DNA of 64,000 nucleotides from assembly GCF_004010195.1 (NCBI RefSeq), contig NC_057751.1, forward strand, positions 17,131,090 to 17,195,089. The letters run 5' to 3'. The notes beneath the pieces were generated by a model, which saw nothing but the letters and a program-made list of their open reading frames with translations, had not been told where the DNA came from and made no database searches. The translations under genes and the position numbers were made by a program. Source of the stretch: Chiloscyllium plagiosum (taxonomy: Eukaryota). Shown one piece after another: positions 36,530 to 49,584 of the stretch (position 1 is its first letter; each line of letters opens with the position of its first letter).

Positions 36530-38640
36530 CGGACACCACCCTTCAGATATTTCTAATCACGCCACGAAACATTAATAAGCAGTTGGAGACAATAGATACT
36601 GCAAAGATTACCGGCCCTGACAGCCGTTCCAGAAATAGTACTGAAGAGCTTGCTGCTCGCCAGGCCTACCTGTTCCAGCACAGTTAGATCTGTGGCATCC
36701 AAGTGACATTGGAGCAAATTGCCCAGGTAGGTCCTGTGCAAAATAATACAGGATAAATCCAGAACAGCCAATTACCGCCCCATCATGCACACTTGATTAA
36801 GTAGTGGATGGTGTACATCAATAACCTGGTAACTGATGCGCAATTTCCTTACAGTCTGTTTTTAAAGATGCAGGAAAGCGTTGAATTCCAGAGGGGAGAC
36901 GACGCTTGGCATCAAGGCTACATTCGACCCACTCTGTCATCAAGGAGCTCTAGCAAGCTCTATCAATTGATATTGGATCAAAATATTCACTGATTGGAGT
37001 ATGTAGGAGTAAACTTTCTGTGCTTCAGTTAAATAGGGCCTTGGTGCGGCCACACCTTGAGCATTGTGTGGAGTTTTGGTCACTTGTCTGAGGAAGAAGT
37101 CATTATGAGAGTCCAGCGAAGGTACACCAGACTATTTCCTAGAATCGCAGGGCTGACTTCTGAGGACAGATTGGATAGACTGAGATTGTACACGCTGGAA
37201 TTTAGAACAATGAGTAGTGATCTCATACAAACATGTTTAAACTGGACAGGCTAGATGTGGGAGGAATATTCCTACTTTTGTGGAAGTCCAGAACTAGGGT
37301 CACTGTCTAAGAATAAGAGGAAAGAGATGAGGAAAATTTTCTTCACTCAGTGAGTTCTGAGCCTGTGGGATTCTCTCCTGCAGAAAGCTACAACGGACAA
37401 TTCATTGGATAAATTCAAGAGAGAGCTCGATGAGGCCCATGCAGCTAAAGAGATCGCGGCGTATGGAGAGAAAGAAGGATTGACATGTTGAAATTGCATG
37501 ATCAGCCACGATCACAATGAATGGTGGTGCAGGCTCGAAGTGCCGAATGTCCTTTTACTGCACCTATTTTCTGTGCTTCTATGTTAATGTGCCTGGCAGA
37601 CACGAAGATGGTGACGGTTGTTTGAGGTCAGTCGTCTCAACTCCAGGAGGTCCTCAAGGTAGCACTCTCGGGGCAACAATCCGAAGCTGCTTCTTTTATT
37701 GCCTTCCCTGCAACATATTTTCGGAAGTGGGGATGGTCACAGATGACCTCACAGTGTTCAGTACCATTAGTGACTCTTCAGACACTGAAGCAGACCATTT
37801 TAAAATACGGCATAATCTGAATAGCATCTAAGCATGAGCTGACAACTGGCATGCAACATTGGCGACACATAAAAAAACCCAGCTATGAACATCACCAATA
37901 ATACCAGTCTGACTGCTGCCCTTTGATATTCAATGTTTAATTCATTAACTGTACTGAATCTCTCACGGTTTAATGCCTGGGAGTTACCATTGACCACAAA
38001 GGCAACGGGAGACACAATATAAACAGAATGGCCGCAAGAGAATGTCTGATGATCGGAATCCTGTGGAGAGTAAGTCGATACTTGACTCCACAAAACCTGC
38101 CCAGCATCTGCACGGCCCAAGTCAGGACTGTCAAGGAACACTTCCCACTTGTTAAATGGGTACTGCTCCAACAATGCCAATCAAAGCTTGACACCATTCA
38201 GGATAAAGCAGTCTGCTTGACTGGAAGTATATCCAAGCGCATCTTCTCCCTCCACAACAAACGCTCAGTAGCAGCAGTGTGTTCTATCTGCGAGATACAC
38301 TGTAAAATATCACCAAAATCCTCAGAGTGCACCTTCTAAATCCACGACCATTCCCATCTATAAGGACAAGAACAGCAGATACATGGGAACACCAACACCT
38401 GTAAGTTCCTCTCCAAACCTCCCAGCATTCTGACTCAGATATGTACCTCACCTTCTTCACTGGCGCTGGGTCAAAATCCTGAAATTCCTTCCCTAATGGC
38501 ATTGTCGATTGACTCATATCAGATAACGGCAGCACTTCAAGGAGGCAGTTACCATAACATTCTTATGTGAAATTAAGGGAAGGCAATATGTGCTGAGTAA
38601 GAGACGGACAGATAACAAAAATGAAAAAAAAAAAAGACCA
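36530..38640 (+). mobile_element. L2/CR1-clade LINE remnant with a nested CR1 3' end (about 37000-37585)
   Basis: Reads GPQGSTLG..VGMVTDDLTVFSTI and GILWRVSRYLTPQNL..KLDTIQDKAVCL, with an A-rich tail near 38620. Confidence 0.65.
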
Positions 38641-38649
38641 CTCTGCGTC

Positions 38650-39340
38650 TATTCCTAGTCGTTCTTCCTCCTTTCTCTATTCACTTCATCCAGCCCACTC
38701 GTGATGGTAAAAGCCAACATTACCTGTCCTCTCAGCCTTCTTTGTTCGAAGGAGAACTGTCCCAACTTCTTGAAATTACTCTCATATATGGCATTTCTCA
38801 TTTGTAAAACCATTCCTGTGACCTCTCTGCACTCTCTGTAATTCACTCGCAACTTTGCTACAATGTTCACAATATGCCAAACGAACCTTCCCAAATATAA
38901 TGAGCAAATACATCATCATCTCCTTGCTCTTGTCATCCACATCCTTTCAACTAAGTCGAGAACACCATATATTGCATTAACCGCTCTCTCGGTTCTGCCA
39001 CAAGCACTAATCGATGTGCTTATTCATACATGTCGGTCCCTCCTGTATACCCTTTGATTTGGACCCTCGAATCTATATTGCCATTCAAATTTCCTCCAGC
39101 CAAAATACATCATCTTACCCCTGTCAGCATTTAAACTCATCTACCAACTCTCTGCCTACGCCACTAAATTCTCAATGTAATTGTCATGTTCCACATTGAC
39201 CTCCTCACAGTTTATCAAGTTTCCAAAATTTGTGTCATCTGTAACTTGGAAGTTGTCGAATGCATATCAAAACCTAGATCAATAATGATACCAGGAAGAA
39301 CAGTTGTCCAATATCGACCTTTGGATAAATCGATTCGAAT
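38650..39340 (-). mobile_element. Degenerate CR1 fragment
   Basis: Minus reads KLGQFSFEQRRLRGQV. Confidence 0.6.
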
Positions 39341-39554
39341 CATTTCTCCAAACCCAGTAAAACCATTGAACATTGACATATAGAAAGTTCAAAATATGAA
39401 CAACAGTACGTCATCGAAAACGTTTCCATTCCCTGATCCGACGTTTTCCCCCATAACATTTCAACCTATCAGCTGTAAGAACTGTACCTAAATATTTTTG
39501 GAATATATTCAAAGTTTTGGATTCAGCCGTTCTCTATGGTAGAGGATTCCACAT

Positions 39555-39648
39555 TCCTGAAGAAGGGCTTATGCCCGAAACGTCGATTCTCCTGTTCCCT
39601 GGATGCTGCCTGACCTGCTGCGCCTTTCCAGCAACACATTTCCAGCTC
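39555..39648 (+). mobile_element. Single-arm family A element with intact minimal hammerhead core and TSD
   Basis: CTGAAGA 39557-39563, A, GGGC-TTAT-GCCC, GAAA 39577-39580, CGTC. GATTCCACAT at 39545-39554 and 39649-39658. Confidence 0.85.
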
Positions 39649-40299
39649 GATTCCACATACTTACCTGTTTCTGGGCACAGGCATTTCCCTTCATCTCAGT
39701 TTGAAATGGTCTGTCGCATATCATTGGAATGTGCCTCGTGGTTCTGCGTCATTATTCTCAGTTCCCCTTACACGACCAATTGGCATCCATGACGATGCTG
39801 TCTTTTCTATTTCATGAAAAATAACGTTGCGTGGGAAAAGAAACTGTTACTTTCATCTGTGTGAGAGGTGTGCTACTACTCAGAGGTCTTGGAATGTTCT
39901 GCACAAATTGCACACTTGTATAGCTTGGTTGACAGCGTTACAGAAGAAGTTTTGCTTCAATGAGTTAAGGATGTGTTGTGCCAAGTTTCTCGGTAGCTGT
40001 GCATCATCTACGTCAAACACTACGTTGATTTCAATGGGCATTATCCACTGAATAATAACCAGAAACGAACGGATTGAGTTGAAAATAATGTGAGCTGGCG
40101 TTCCTTTCAAGTAATGCTCACTCTGAGCCGACCTTCACCGGATTCTTACAAGAATAGGAATTGCAGAAGGAAGGATGCCGATGGGAGTGAGTCATAGCAT
40201 CATAAAAAAGGTCCTTTGATCCATTCTGTGTGAGCTCAGCTCCATCATAGTCTCAGCTTGCACACCTCTTACGAGGAGAAATTAGAGAGGGCAGATTCA

Positions 40300-40462
40300 G
40301 GAGATCAGAATCGAGAATGTGGGGCTGGAAGTGCACAGCAGGTCAGGCAGCATCCGAGCAGCTGCCACATTTCCTTTCGATTCCTGATGAAGGGCTTATG
40401 CTTAAAACGCCGATTCTCATCAGATGCGTCGTAGCCTCCTGCGCTTTTCCAGCTCCATACTC
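40300..40462. mobile_element. Degenerate palindromic family A element
   Basis: Inverted arms and CCTGATGAAGGGCTTATG. Confidence 0.7.
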
Positions 40463-40634
40463 ACCCCCTCCCCTTACTCACAAACTAACTTTAAACTGGT
40501 TTACCTACATCTAGCCGACTCGGCCATCAGATAGTTCCATTGCTCTGTTTACTTTGCCTTGTATTCATTGAAATTTAGAGAGTCCACGCACCTGATTCTC
40601 CCAATCTCCAGTGAACATTTTCCTCAGCTAAATA

Positions 40635-40840
40635 AATCAAAGAACTTGTGTTGCTGAAGATCTGAACAGATAACAGAAATGGCTGCAGGAACACAAGAGT
40701 TCTGGCAGTGTCTGTGCACAGAAAGCATAGAGAATATTTGTTCTGAGGAAGGGTCGTTTGAGTAAATACGTGAACTGTGCTTGTTCTCCACAGATTTTCC
40801 AGGCTGACAGAGTTTCTCCAGAATTTCCACTTTTGTTATA
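40635..40840. mobile_element. Degenerate palindromic family C element
   Basis: Inverted arms around TTCTGAGGAAGGGTC. Confidence 0.55.
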
Positions 40841-41189
40841 ATCTGATGTGACGAAATCTGTCTTCGGATGTCAGAGCTTCAATTCCAACAATTGGTCTTG
40901 TAAATCTTTGTCACCAAACCTCCAGAGCGGGAACGGTCCTTCCGATGATATGGAAACCAAATTTCACACAGTACACCTGGAGTTGTCGCAACAAAACTCC
41001 ATAGAATTGTAGCAATACATCCATTCTTGGGTTTAGAGTCTTTTCACAATGAAAACCATCATTTGGAATTCAATTGGGATAACTGCCAGTTTGACACACT
41101 TGGGCAGGGCAATGAAGGGGACGGAATAGATGATAAACAGTGATGAATAGGTGATGAACAGCAGTCATCTGGGATCTAAATATTCCCTG

Positions 41190-42520
41190 GAGGTATATAA
41201 GGGATATAGGCGTTTACTGAAGCAGGAAACCAGAAGAGCAAAAAGGGGGCATGAGAGAGTATTGGTTTAGAAGGTAATGGTGAATCCAAAGAGGTACCTT
41301 AAGTATATTAAAGGGAAAAACACACTGACCTTCATCACTCAGGGCACTGAGTGCAGAAATGGGAAGTTACTTTGCCCTCCTGAATTACGGTGGTGAGGCG
41401 ACGCTTGTAGTATTGTGTCCATTTTTGGTCACCTTGCTATTGGAAGGATGCCACTAAACTGGAAAGAGAGCAGAAGAAATTTACAAGGATTCTGCCTGGG
41501 CACAATATTCTGAGCTTTAGGGAGAATTCAGACAAGTAGGGCTTTTGCTTAGAGCTGAGGACACTGATGGGGGAGCTTATAGAGGCGCATAAGCTCATGC
41601 GAGGCATGGATAAGGTGAATGCACTCACTCGTTTTTCCCAGCTTTGTGGAGTCATGCCCCGAGAGCATCAGATTGAGATTAAAGAAGAAGGTATAGAAGG
41701 GAACCTGAGGGGCGACATCTTTTCACAGAGCGTGGCACGCATATAGAAAAAGCTGCCCGTGGAAGTGGTTGAGACAGAGACGTGAACACCATTTAAAAGG
41801 TATTTGGACAAATACATGGATAGGACAAAAAGTAGAAGGCTATTGGAAAAGTGCACAGGAATGGAGTTAGCCTGGCTGGGCACTTTGGTCGGCATGTACT
41901 AGTTTGGGCCAAATAGCTTGTGACCGTGCTGTACGTCTCTAAAATAATGAGTCTGTTAACCAACTCATGTATTTTAAAGGCTGGGAGGAAATGATTTCAC
42001 TTTGTGAAATGTTGGTTTCACAGCTATTCTGGAATTTGTGTTATAGGAGAGATGTGATAGCACTGCAAAGGGTGTGGGGAAATTTTAGCTGCACGGGACA
42101 GTTTTAATTATAAAGAGAGATTGGACAGGCTCAGGTTGCTTTCCTTGACGCAGTGGAGATTGAGCCGGGCCATGAATGATGCATATAAAATGATGAGGCG
42201 CACAGGTAGTGTGTACAGGTGAAATATTCCCCCTTGAATGAGGGATGAACAACAGGGTGCCAAACAATGGAGTGTAAGGAGTAAGAGGTTCAGAGGTTAT
42301 ACGAGGAAAGGTGTATTCACCCGGAAAGTGGTAGAAGTCTGGAACGTGTTACCAGTTACAGTGGTAGAGCCAAACGTCCCAAAAAAAAAAATGAGTTGAT
42401 TTTTAATGTGCACTTGTGATGCAAGGACGGAAAGGGTTATGTGTAAAGGTTTGAAAATCAGTTTACCCTAGTTCGGTGATTGACTTTGACTGGCACAGCC
42501 TGGACGAAATAACATCTCTG
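41190..42520 (+). mobile_element. CR1 LINE fragments (about 41190-41940 and 42100-42520)
   Basis: YCVHFWSPCYWKD..LEREQKKFTRILPG motif and CR1 3' UTRs. Confidence 0.75.
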
Positions 42521-42922
42521 AGCAGAAACTTGCTTCCATACGATTGTGAAGAGTTTTTATAATTTCAGCATATATGAGGAGCTTACAGATATCTCACAAT
42601 TCTAAAGAGAGGAATACCAAATAAAACTCATGGATTAATCTCGCGCAGGTACATGGACATTGATGTCTGACGTGTTCATATTCCCAATTACAATAGACTC
42701 CTCACCCTTGCAATGCACTAAAACTGAAGGGAAATGATGGCTTGCAGGATACCATCCAAATGAAGTTCATTTGCCAGCAAATGCATTATGGTATGGAGCA
42801 TGTCATGCCCCCTCAAGGTAGCCCAGGCCGTAACTTATCAATGTTTTTATTTTTTTCAATACCTCTGCGTAGGATATTGAAGAAGTCACGCAGCTTGTCA
42901 ATCCCCTCGCTTTAAAACTGCT

Positions 42923-43294
42923 GGGCGGTACGGTGGCACAGTGCTTAGCACTGCTGCCTCACAGCGCCAGAGACCCGGGTTCAGGTGACTGACTGTGTGG
43001 AGTTTGCATGTTCTCCCCGTGTCTGCGTGGGTTTCCTACGGGTGCTCCGGTTTCCTCCTACCATCCAAAAAGATGTGCAGGGTCAGGTGAATTGGCCATA
43101 CTAAATTGCCTGTAGTGTTAGGTTAGGGGTATGGGTGGGTTTCGCTTCGGCGGGTCGGTGTGGACCTGTTGGGCCGAAGGGCCTGTTTCCACAATCTAAT
43201 CTAATCTAATCTAATCTAATCTAATCTAATCTAATCTAATCTAATCTAATCTAATCTAATCTAATCTAATCTAATCTAATCTAATCTAATCTAA
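42923..43294 (+). mobile_element. HE1-type V-SINE with an expanded (AATCT)n tail of about 100 bp
   Basis: Head and core; about 20 AATCT units at 43193-43294. Confidence 0.92.
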
Positions 43295-43563
43295 AACAAA
43301 CCAGACTGCATTTAAACAGTGCAGTTGAAGCTTTACAAAAGACAATAGAAATCAGAATGACTTAACTATTTGAAAACCCAACCGGTATGATATCACATCT
43401 TTACGAAGCTGCTGCAATTCTCATAGCATCCCACAAACACACCTCTTGGTTAATGGTATATAAAACAACAACAACAACAAAAACTGGTTTTCCAGGCAGG
43501 TGAGCTTTCAGAGAGAAAAGGAAGGCCTGAAACATCTGTTGAAGCATGGCGTCTCTTTTCATT

Positions 43564-43722
43564 GTAGGTCAGGTGAATTGGCCATGCTAAAGCGCTCGTA
43601 GTGTTAGGTAAGGGGTACAATGTAGGGGTATGGGTGGGTTGCGCTTCGGCGGGGCAGTGTGGACTTGTTGGGCCGAAGGGCCTGTTTCCGCACTGTAAGT
43701 AATCTAATCTAATCTAATCTAA
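43564..43722 (+). mobile_element. 5'-truncated HE1-type SINE
   Basis: 3' half plus AATCT tail. Confidence 0.85.
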
Positions 43723-44239
43723 AACCTTCTCTGCTACCAGCCAGTTTTCTGACTACCCTGCTCAAATTCAACCCAACGAGAAAAAGCCTGAGCTGGGAGA
43801 ACAGACCGCCTGTCATTGCTGAAAGTAGCCTCCTCCAGATATGTCAGCACCTCTCCCTTTATGAACCCACTTGAAGAAAACCGAAGGACGACATAACCTT
43901 GTTAAAGGTGCAGCCTGGTCACGCCCACCATCACACAATCTCACAAAACTATCTCAATGTCACACTTCATTAAATAAAAGAGGGAAGTTCTGACTGGTGT
44001 TGTCACCAGTACTTATTCATAAACTAAGATTATATGAAAAAGAAAACAGTTCTTCCCATTAAGCTGTTTTGGGGCACGGCTCCATATTTGAAACAATTGA
44101 TTCCCTGTTATGAAAATGATTGAAATGCAAATCATATTTAATTAGCAGTGTACATAAATTCCACGCAGAGCTTTATTTAATGTCCATGTTATGAACACGA
44201 TTAAGCCGTCTCAAGAAAGCTACAATAATGTTACCCAGA

Positions 44240-44618
44240 TTGAATTGAAACGAATTTATTGTCACGTGTACCGAGACACAGTGAAAAGCTTTGTCTTGCA
44301 CACAATACAGGCAGATGTCACAGGTAAGTAGCATAGATAGTAAGTACTAGGTAAACAGCAGAAAAACAAAAACACAGGTGCAGGTGAATATAAAGTGTTT
44401 GTGAGTCTATTCAGTATTCTGACAACACTAGGGTAGAAACTGTTATAAAACTGACTGGTGCGTGTGTGCAGGTCTCTGTAACTTCTCCCTAATGGTAAAG
44501 GTTGTAGAGAAATGTTGCCAGGGTGGGATGGATCTTTGAGAATGCTGGCGGCCTTTCCTTGACAGGGGGCCTGGCAGATGGATTCTATAGATGGGAGGTT
44601 GGCCTTTATGATTGTTCC
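44240..44618 (-). mobile_element. Rex1/Babar-type LINE 3' end
   Basis: Minus reads LPSIESI..KAASILKDPSHPG..LQPLPLGRSYR..TSQFYNSFYPSVVRILN, then a 3' UTR with AATAAA and a TTCAA tail. Confidence 0.75.
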
Positions 44619-44759
44619 CAAAATTAAAAAGCACCCTAAGTGAAGAAATGCAACATCCCCTCAACCCATATTTTCCGTTAGGAATGATGCGGAGTTGGAA
44701 TGGGGTGGAGAATGTCAGCAGTCACTCAACCTCAGGTTACAATCCAGCATTTTTAGTTG

Positions 44760-44910
44760 AAATCACAACCTTTCGGAGCCTTGCCCCATCCTCAGGTGAA
44801 TCCTCCTTCATTTGACGAAGGAGCCATCCTCAGGTGAATCCTCCTTCATTTGACGAAGGAGCAGCGTTCCGAAAACTTGTTGGACTGTCAGCTGGTGCCA
44901 TGTCATATCG
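44760..44910. mobile_element. Palindromic family-B-related hammerhead element with a 38-bp internal tandem duplication
   Basis: Minus CTGAGGA-T-GGGGC-AAG-GCTCC-GAAA; plus TTGACGA-A-GGAGC-AGC-GTTCC-GAAA. 44786-44823 equals 44824-44861. Confidence 0.65.
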
Positions 44911-45394
44911 GACTATATTGTCTGAACCCTCAACTTCGGTCTGCGAGCCCTAGTTCAAGATTCTCCTCTCAAGGGAGAACAAACCTACCTTCGAAGCAAA
45001 GCTGGACATTTTTCCAAGAATGTTAGGCGTTTGAAAGACAATGTAATTTTTTCTCCATATAATCCACAAGTTGCTGACTTACACTTCTTAATCATTCTTC
45101 ATTGGTCAACATTCTCGTCTATCTGCTTGAAATAGTGTGGCGACACTGTCCCCATAAAAGGCGCTCTCACTCGTGTCTCTTGCGGAGGTGTCCTGTCACA
45201 TTCGTGCCAAAATGTCTCCTCAGACAGGCAGTGGGGTAAACAGCCGTGACGTTTCCCTGACTGATTTTTTTCAGTAAAATTAAGGAGTCATGAGTGAACG
45301 TAACAAGGCTCACGCAGACTCAACAGATTTTCTTTCACATAATCATTAATTTGGTTGCTTCTGGAGCTGAAATTTTGAGTCCTGTTGCTGGGGA

Positions 45395-45660
45395 GTTTTC
45401 TGGCTATTCACTCTACATTTGCCTCTTATCATCTTGTACACATCTATCAGGTCACCCTTAATTCTCGCTTGCTTCAAAGAGTAAAGATGTAGCCTCCTCA
45501 ACCTCTCCTATTAAGACATTCCGTCCAATCCAGGCAGCATCCTGGTAACTCTCCTCTCCCTAAAATTTCCACGTATACCCCACAATGAGGCGACCAGAAC
45601 TGAAGACAATATTCTAACTGTGCCTAACCAGGGCTCTTTAGAGCTGCAGCATAGCCTTAA
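45395..45660 (-). mobile_element. CR1 fragment
   Basis: Minus reads LEYCLQFWSPHCG. Confidence 0.7.
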
Positions 45661-46859
45661 ACTGGATACATAATACATTAACTTGTGAAGGATGTCAATA
45701 CAGTAAAATACCTTTTGTGTTGTATTCCAGCTGTGTTGTAAGAATAAAGTATGTTTTGCTGAAGGTTTCGTGGCGGAAAAATTGAATCATATCTAAAACA
45801 CAGTTCCTTACTCGTGTCATTTGAAAAATGCACATGTTCGGATCTATGCCACCCCATAATAGAGTTTGGCGTCAGGACTGGATGGGGTGGGGGAATTTTG
45901 TGGTCTGGTCTGCTCTCGTCCATAACAATAAAAATGACCAATAAACTTCTGCATTGAGACAAAGTAGTTCAGGCATACTTACATGACCAGAGCATAATTA
46001 AGGCACTGTTAAATTTTCAAAAAGGTCTCTCCCATTGCAAGTTTATTAAACGAATTGCAAAATAAAGCGAACCATTGAACAACGACCTGTCGGGCATTCA
46101 AGTCACATCTCGCACTAACTTGACAACAAATCTAAAAAAGCTTCTGAATGACTTTACATTTTTCTGCCTGCATGAATGCGGCTCTTCGTAACATGAATAT
46201 GGAACTGTATTTATTCCTGCTATGCTATAATATGAGAAAAATAACATGTATGAACCGCAGAAAAATGAATCTGCAGAATATGCTAAAGAAAAATGTTAAA
46301 GACCCTTTGCTGCTCTCCATTTCCGTGTCATTACAATGAAGTTTGGTCTCCGGACCTTTCCATCTCTTACAGATTTGAAAACTCACTGCAAGTGTCTAAA
46401 GCAACAAAATGAAAACGGAGGGATGCAATGAAGTTATCCAAATGATTTACTAACACCCATCCAGGATCAATGCAGTAGTGCGGTTTTACACAACAGAACA
46501 TTATTTGTTACATATTCAGCTTCCTACATAAAGTAGTGAGGATTTTCTTTGAAGAAAAAGGAGGAAAACAGTGGTTGTTCTTGGAACTAATGCTGTGGTC
46601 CTGTCAGTGCAATATTTTGCCTTTGACATTGACGACAAATTGTAACCAATCTTCCAAAGAGGAAATTAAGGGTGAACGTGACTGAATATTCTGTGGTTGC
46701 ACATTGCAGAGCACGATGAACACTTTGCACAGGTGATACCAGAAAGTAAGATGATGGGAAATAATGAGAAGAATTCCGCCACGGTTTGACTATTGAGAAA
46801 AGGATTGCATACGACACTAAGCATCGAGCGAGGGATGGTAAGATAGTCGGGGAAGAAAA

Positions 46860-47200
46860 AGGTAGAGGGGAAGAGGAAGGGGCAGAGATAGGGACTAGGG
46901 AGACAGACTCTGGGGAGGGACGAGGAGGAGACGGACTGGGGGAGGCAGAGTGTGGGTGGATACCCAGAGAGACAGATTGTGGGAAAGGACTGGATGAGAC
47001 AGATTGGGGAGGCACATTTAGCGAGACACACTGGAAGAAAGAATCTTGATTACAGACTGGGGCAGATACATTTTAGTGGGAGATTTGGGGAGACAGACTG
47101 TCAGAGGCAGACTCAGATAGACAGATTGTGAGGAGAGACTGGGGAGGCAAACTGTGGGGCGTGACAGTGGGGGTCGGACTGTCGGGAGGGGCGGGGATTA
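46860..47200. repeat. G/A-rich minisatellite (GACAGACTGGGG-like units)
   Basis: Seen directly. Confidence 0.75.
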
Positions 47201-48507
47201 CAGAAAGTGTAAGAAACTGAAGGAGAAATGTATTAATTTCTTTTATGCCTTGTTTGAGCTTGATTACAACTGTAATGCCATGACGGATCAGTCACCCAAC
47301 CAGTTTTCAGAAGTTAAGGCTAGATGAACTGAAAGATTAATATAATGCATTCCTGTGGTAGGAAACTGCTGAACAGATCTGCGTGGCAGTTATAGCCTGC
47401 AGCTCCCTCTTGAAATGGGCAGTTGTTAGAATGCACACATTAGTAGAGTCGCCATTGTGGCTTCTACCAAAACATAGGGCTTCTACCCCTCCAACTACGG
47501 TGGCTGAAGTTTTAAGAATTATTCCTAAGGGTTCACATGTCTTCGGAATTACATTCCGTGTCATTGGGACATTAATGCTGTACCTTCCCTTTATTATATG
47601 AACTAGCAAATATAATTAAAGAACTACTAATCCCAGTTTTGTCTTTTGTTAATACTTGGAAGTTCGTTGACTGCAACTCCCACCTCAGAGATGGAGAAGG
47701 ACAAATGCAGAGGGAATGCCCAAGTGAGCAATCCATGCCATTTTCTGATGACAGACATTAATACTTTCAATTGTTCTCATTATGAAATAGACTGTGCCTT
47801 AATTTAGATCCATTGCACACTTGCTCTCTGTTTTTCCCGCACTGTCAGTGTTAACCCATGAACATCGTCTTAAAATGATCCTCCATGGACTGATTCCAAT
47901 TCGTTTAAGATAAACTCTTTCAATGCAATGGATCTGCATTTGTAACTGAGAAGTTCATCCGCAATGAGATGTGCTAAAACAAATCTCCAGCGCTTTTCTT
48001 TCAGATTTAGTGAACTCTGTGGTGATTGTCATCTTGAACAGCAGAGAACAGTTGTGTCCTCTGAGAACGGAGAACATACGATTCGATGAGAATGGTTGAG
48101 TTTTGGATCATGTTGGTCACTTCCTGTTGAAACATTCCAAACTTTTAGCAAGGATTGAAAAGATTTGTATCTCAGGTTGAGGTTCTGGATGTGAGTTTGC
48201 TCGCTGAGCCGGAATGTTCGGTTTCAGATATCATCAGTGGATCTCCAGTGAACAGCTGGTGTTGTATCCCGCTTTCTATTTATTTGTTTAGATTTCTTTG
48301 AGTGTTTGGTGATGTCATTTCCAATTCTTTTGCTGAAAGGATCCTAGATGAGATCAAAATCAATGCGCATGTTCAAAGAGTTCTGTTGGGAATGCTTCAG
48401 GGGTTTGTTTGGCTTGTCATATGATGTATGTATTGCCCCTGTCAAAGCAGTGGACTTCCTCGTCTGCATGTAAGCACACTCGTGATAGTGGGTCATGTCC
48501 TTTCATG

Positions 48508-48743
48508 AGTTGAAAAATGTGGTGCTGGAAAAACACAGCAGGCCAGGCAGCATCCGAGGAGCAGGAGAATCGACGTTTCGGGCATAAGCCCTTCTTATGG
48601 AGAAAAGCCCTCATTCCTGAAGAAGGGCTTATGCCCGAAACCTCGATTCTCCTGCTCCTCGGATGCTGCCTGGCAGGCTGTGATTTTCCAGCACCACATT
48701 TTTCAACTCTGGTACTCCAGCATCTGCAGTCCTCACTTTCTCC
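48508..48743 (+). mobile_element. Palindromic family A element with TSD, inserted in the Penelope GIY-YIG region
   Basis: CATGTCCTTTC(A/G)TG at 48494-48507 and 48744-48757. Confidence 0.85.
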
Positions 48744-49194
48744 CATGTCCTTTCGTGGCCAGTTGATGCTCATGTATCCTGGTAGCTAGTTCTCGGCCTG
48801 GTTGTTCAATTTCGTGTTTGATACAGTCCTTGTAAGCTATTCTTGTAAATAGCCTCGTTTTGTCTGTCTCAGGTCTTCTAAGTTTGTCAGCTGTTGTTAA
48901 GTATCTTGGTTCTTATTGTGCGCACCATGATGCCAAGAGGTCTGAGTAGTCTGTCAGTCATTTCAGAGATATGTTTGATATAGTGTGAAGTAGCTAGAGT
49001 TTCTGGGCACCTTTTGTTTGCATGTTTGGAATTCATATTGATAAATCAGCGGAGTGTATTTATTGGGTGCCCTTTCATCTTGGTACAAGGTTTTCTTCTG
49101 CTCTTCACAGCTCTGTAGTGCTGCAGCGAACGGTGGCTTGTTGAAATAATATCCTAATGCTATTTCGTTTTGGGAGTGGGGATGATTGTTTCTG

Positions 49195-49409
49195 TAGTTG
49201 AATATTTTTTTCCGTATGTGTTATTTTCATGGAGACGCTGGTTTGACATTCCCGCTGACATTCCCGCTGACATAGTTGAATATTTTTTTCCGTATGTGTT
49301 ATTTTCATGGAGACACTGGTTTGACATTCCCGCTGACATTCCCGCTGATATAGTTGAATATTTTTTTCCGTATGTGTTATTTTCATGGAGACACTGGTTT
49401 GACATTCCC
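49195..49409. repeat. 78-bp tandem repeat (about 2.75 copies) inside the Penelope ORF
   Basis: Units start at 49195, 49273 and 49351 and are near-identical. Confidence 0.95.
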
Positions 49410-49584
49410 TATTGTGACATCTAGGAATGACAGTTTGTTCTTGCTTTCTTCCTCTTTTTTTGAATGTTATGCCTGTAAGACTATTATTGATTTCCTCTAA
49501 CCTGTTTCATTTAGTGATGACAAAGGTGACATCCACGTACCGGAACCAACTTTTGGGTTGGATGGTACCAAGAGCTGTTTGTTC

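Larger units (their letters stand above)
48158..49582 (-). mobile_element. Degenerate Penelope element (RT C-terminus and GIY-YIG endonuclease)
   Basis: Minus reads IQPKSWFRYVDVTFV (YVDD-like), KLSFLDVTI, NSIRILFQQATVRCSTTEL, and KDCIKHEIEQPGRELATRIHEHQLATKGHDPLS. Confidence 0.85.

Noticed and set aside
49195..49409. CRISPR-like array
   Set aside because: The units are contiguous tandem copies with no unique spacers, there are no cas genes, and the context is vertebrate.
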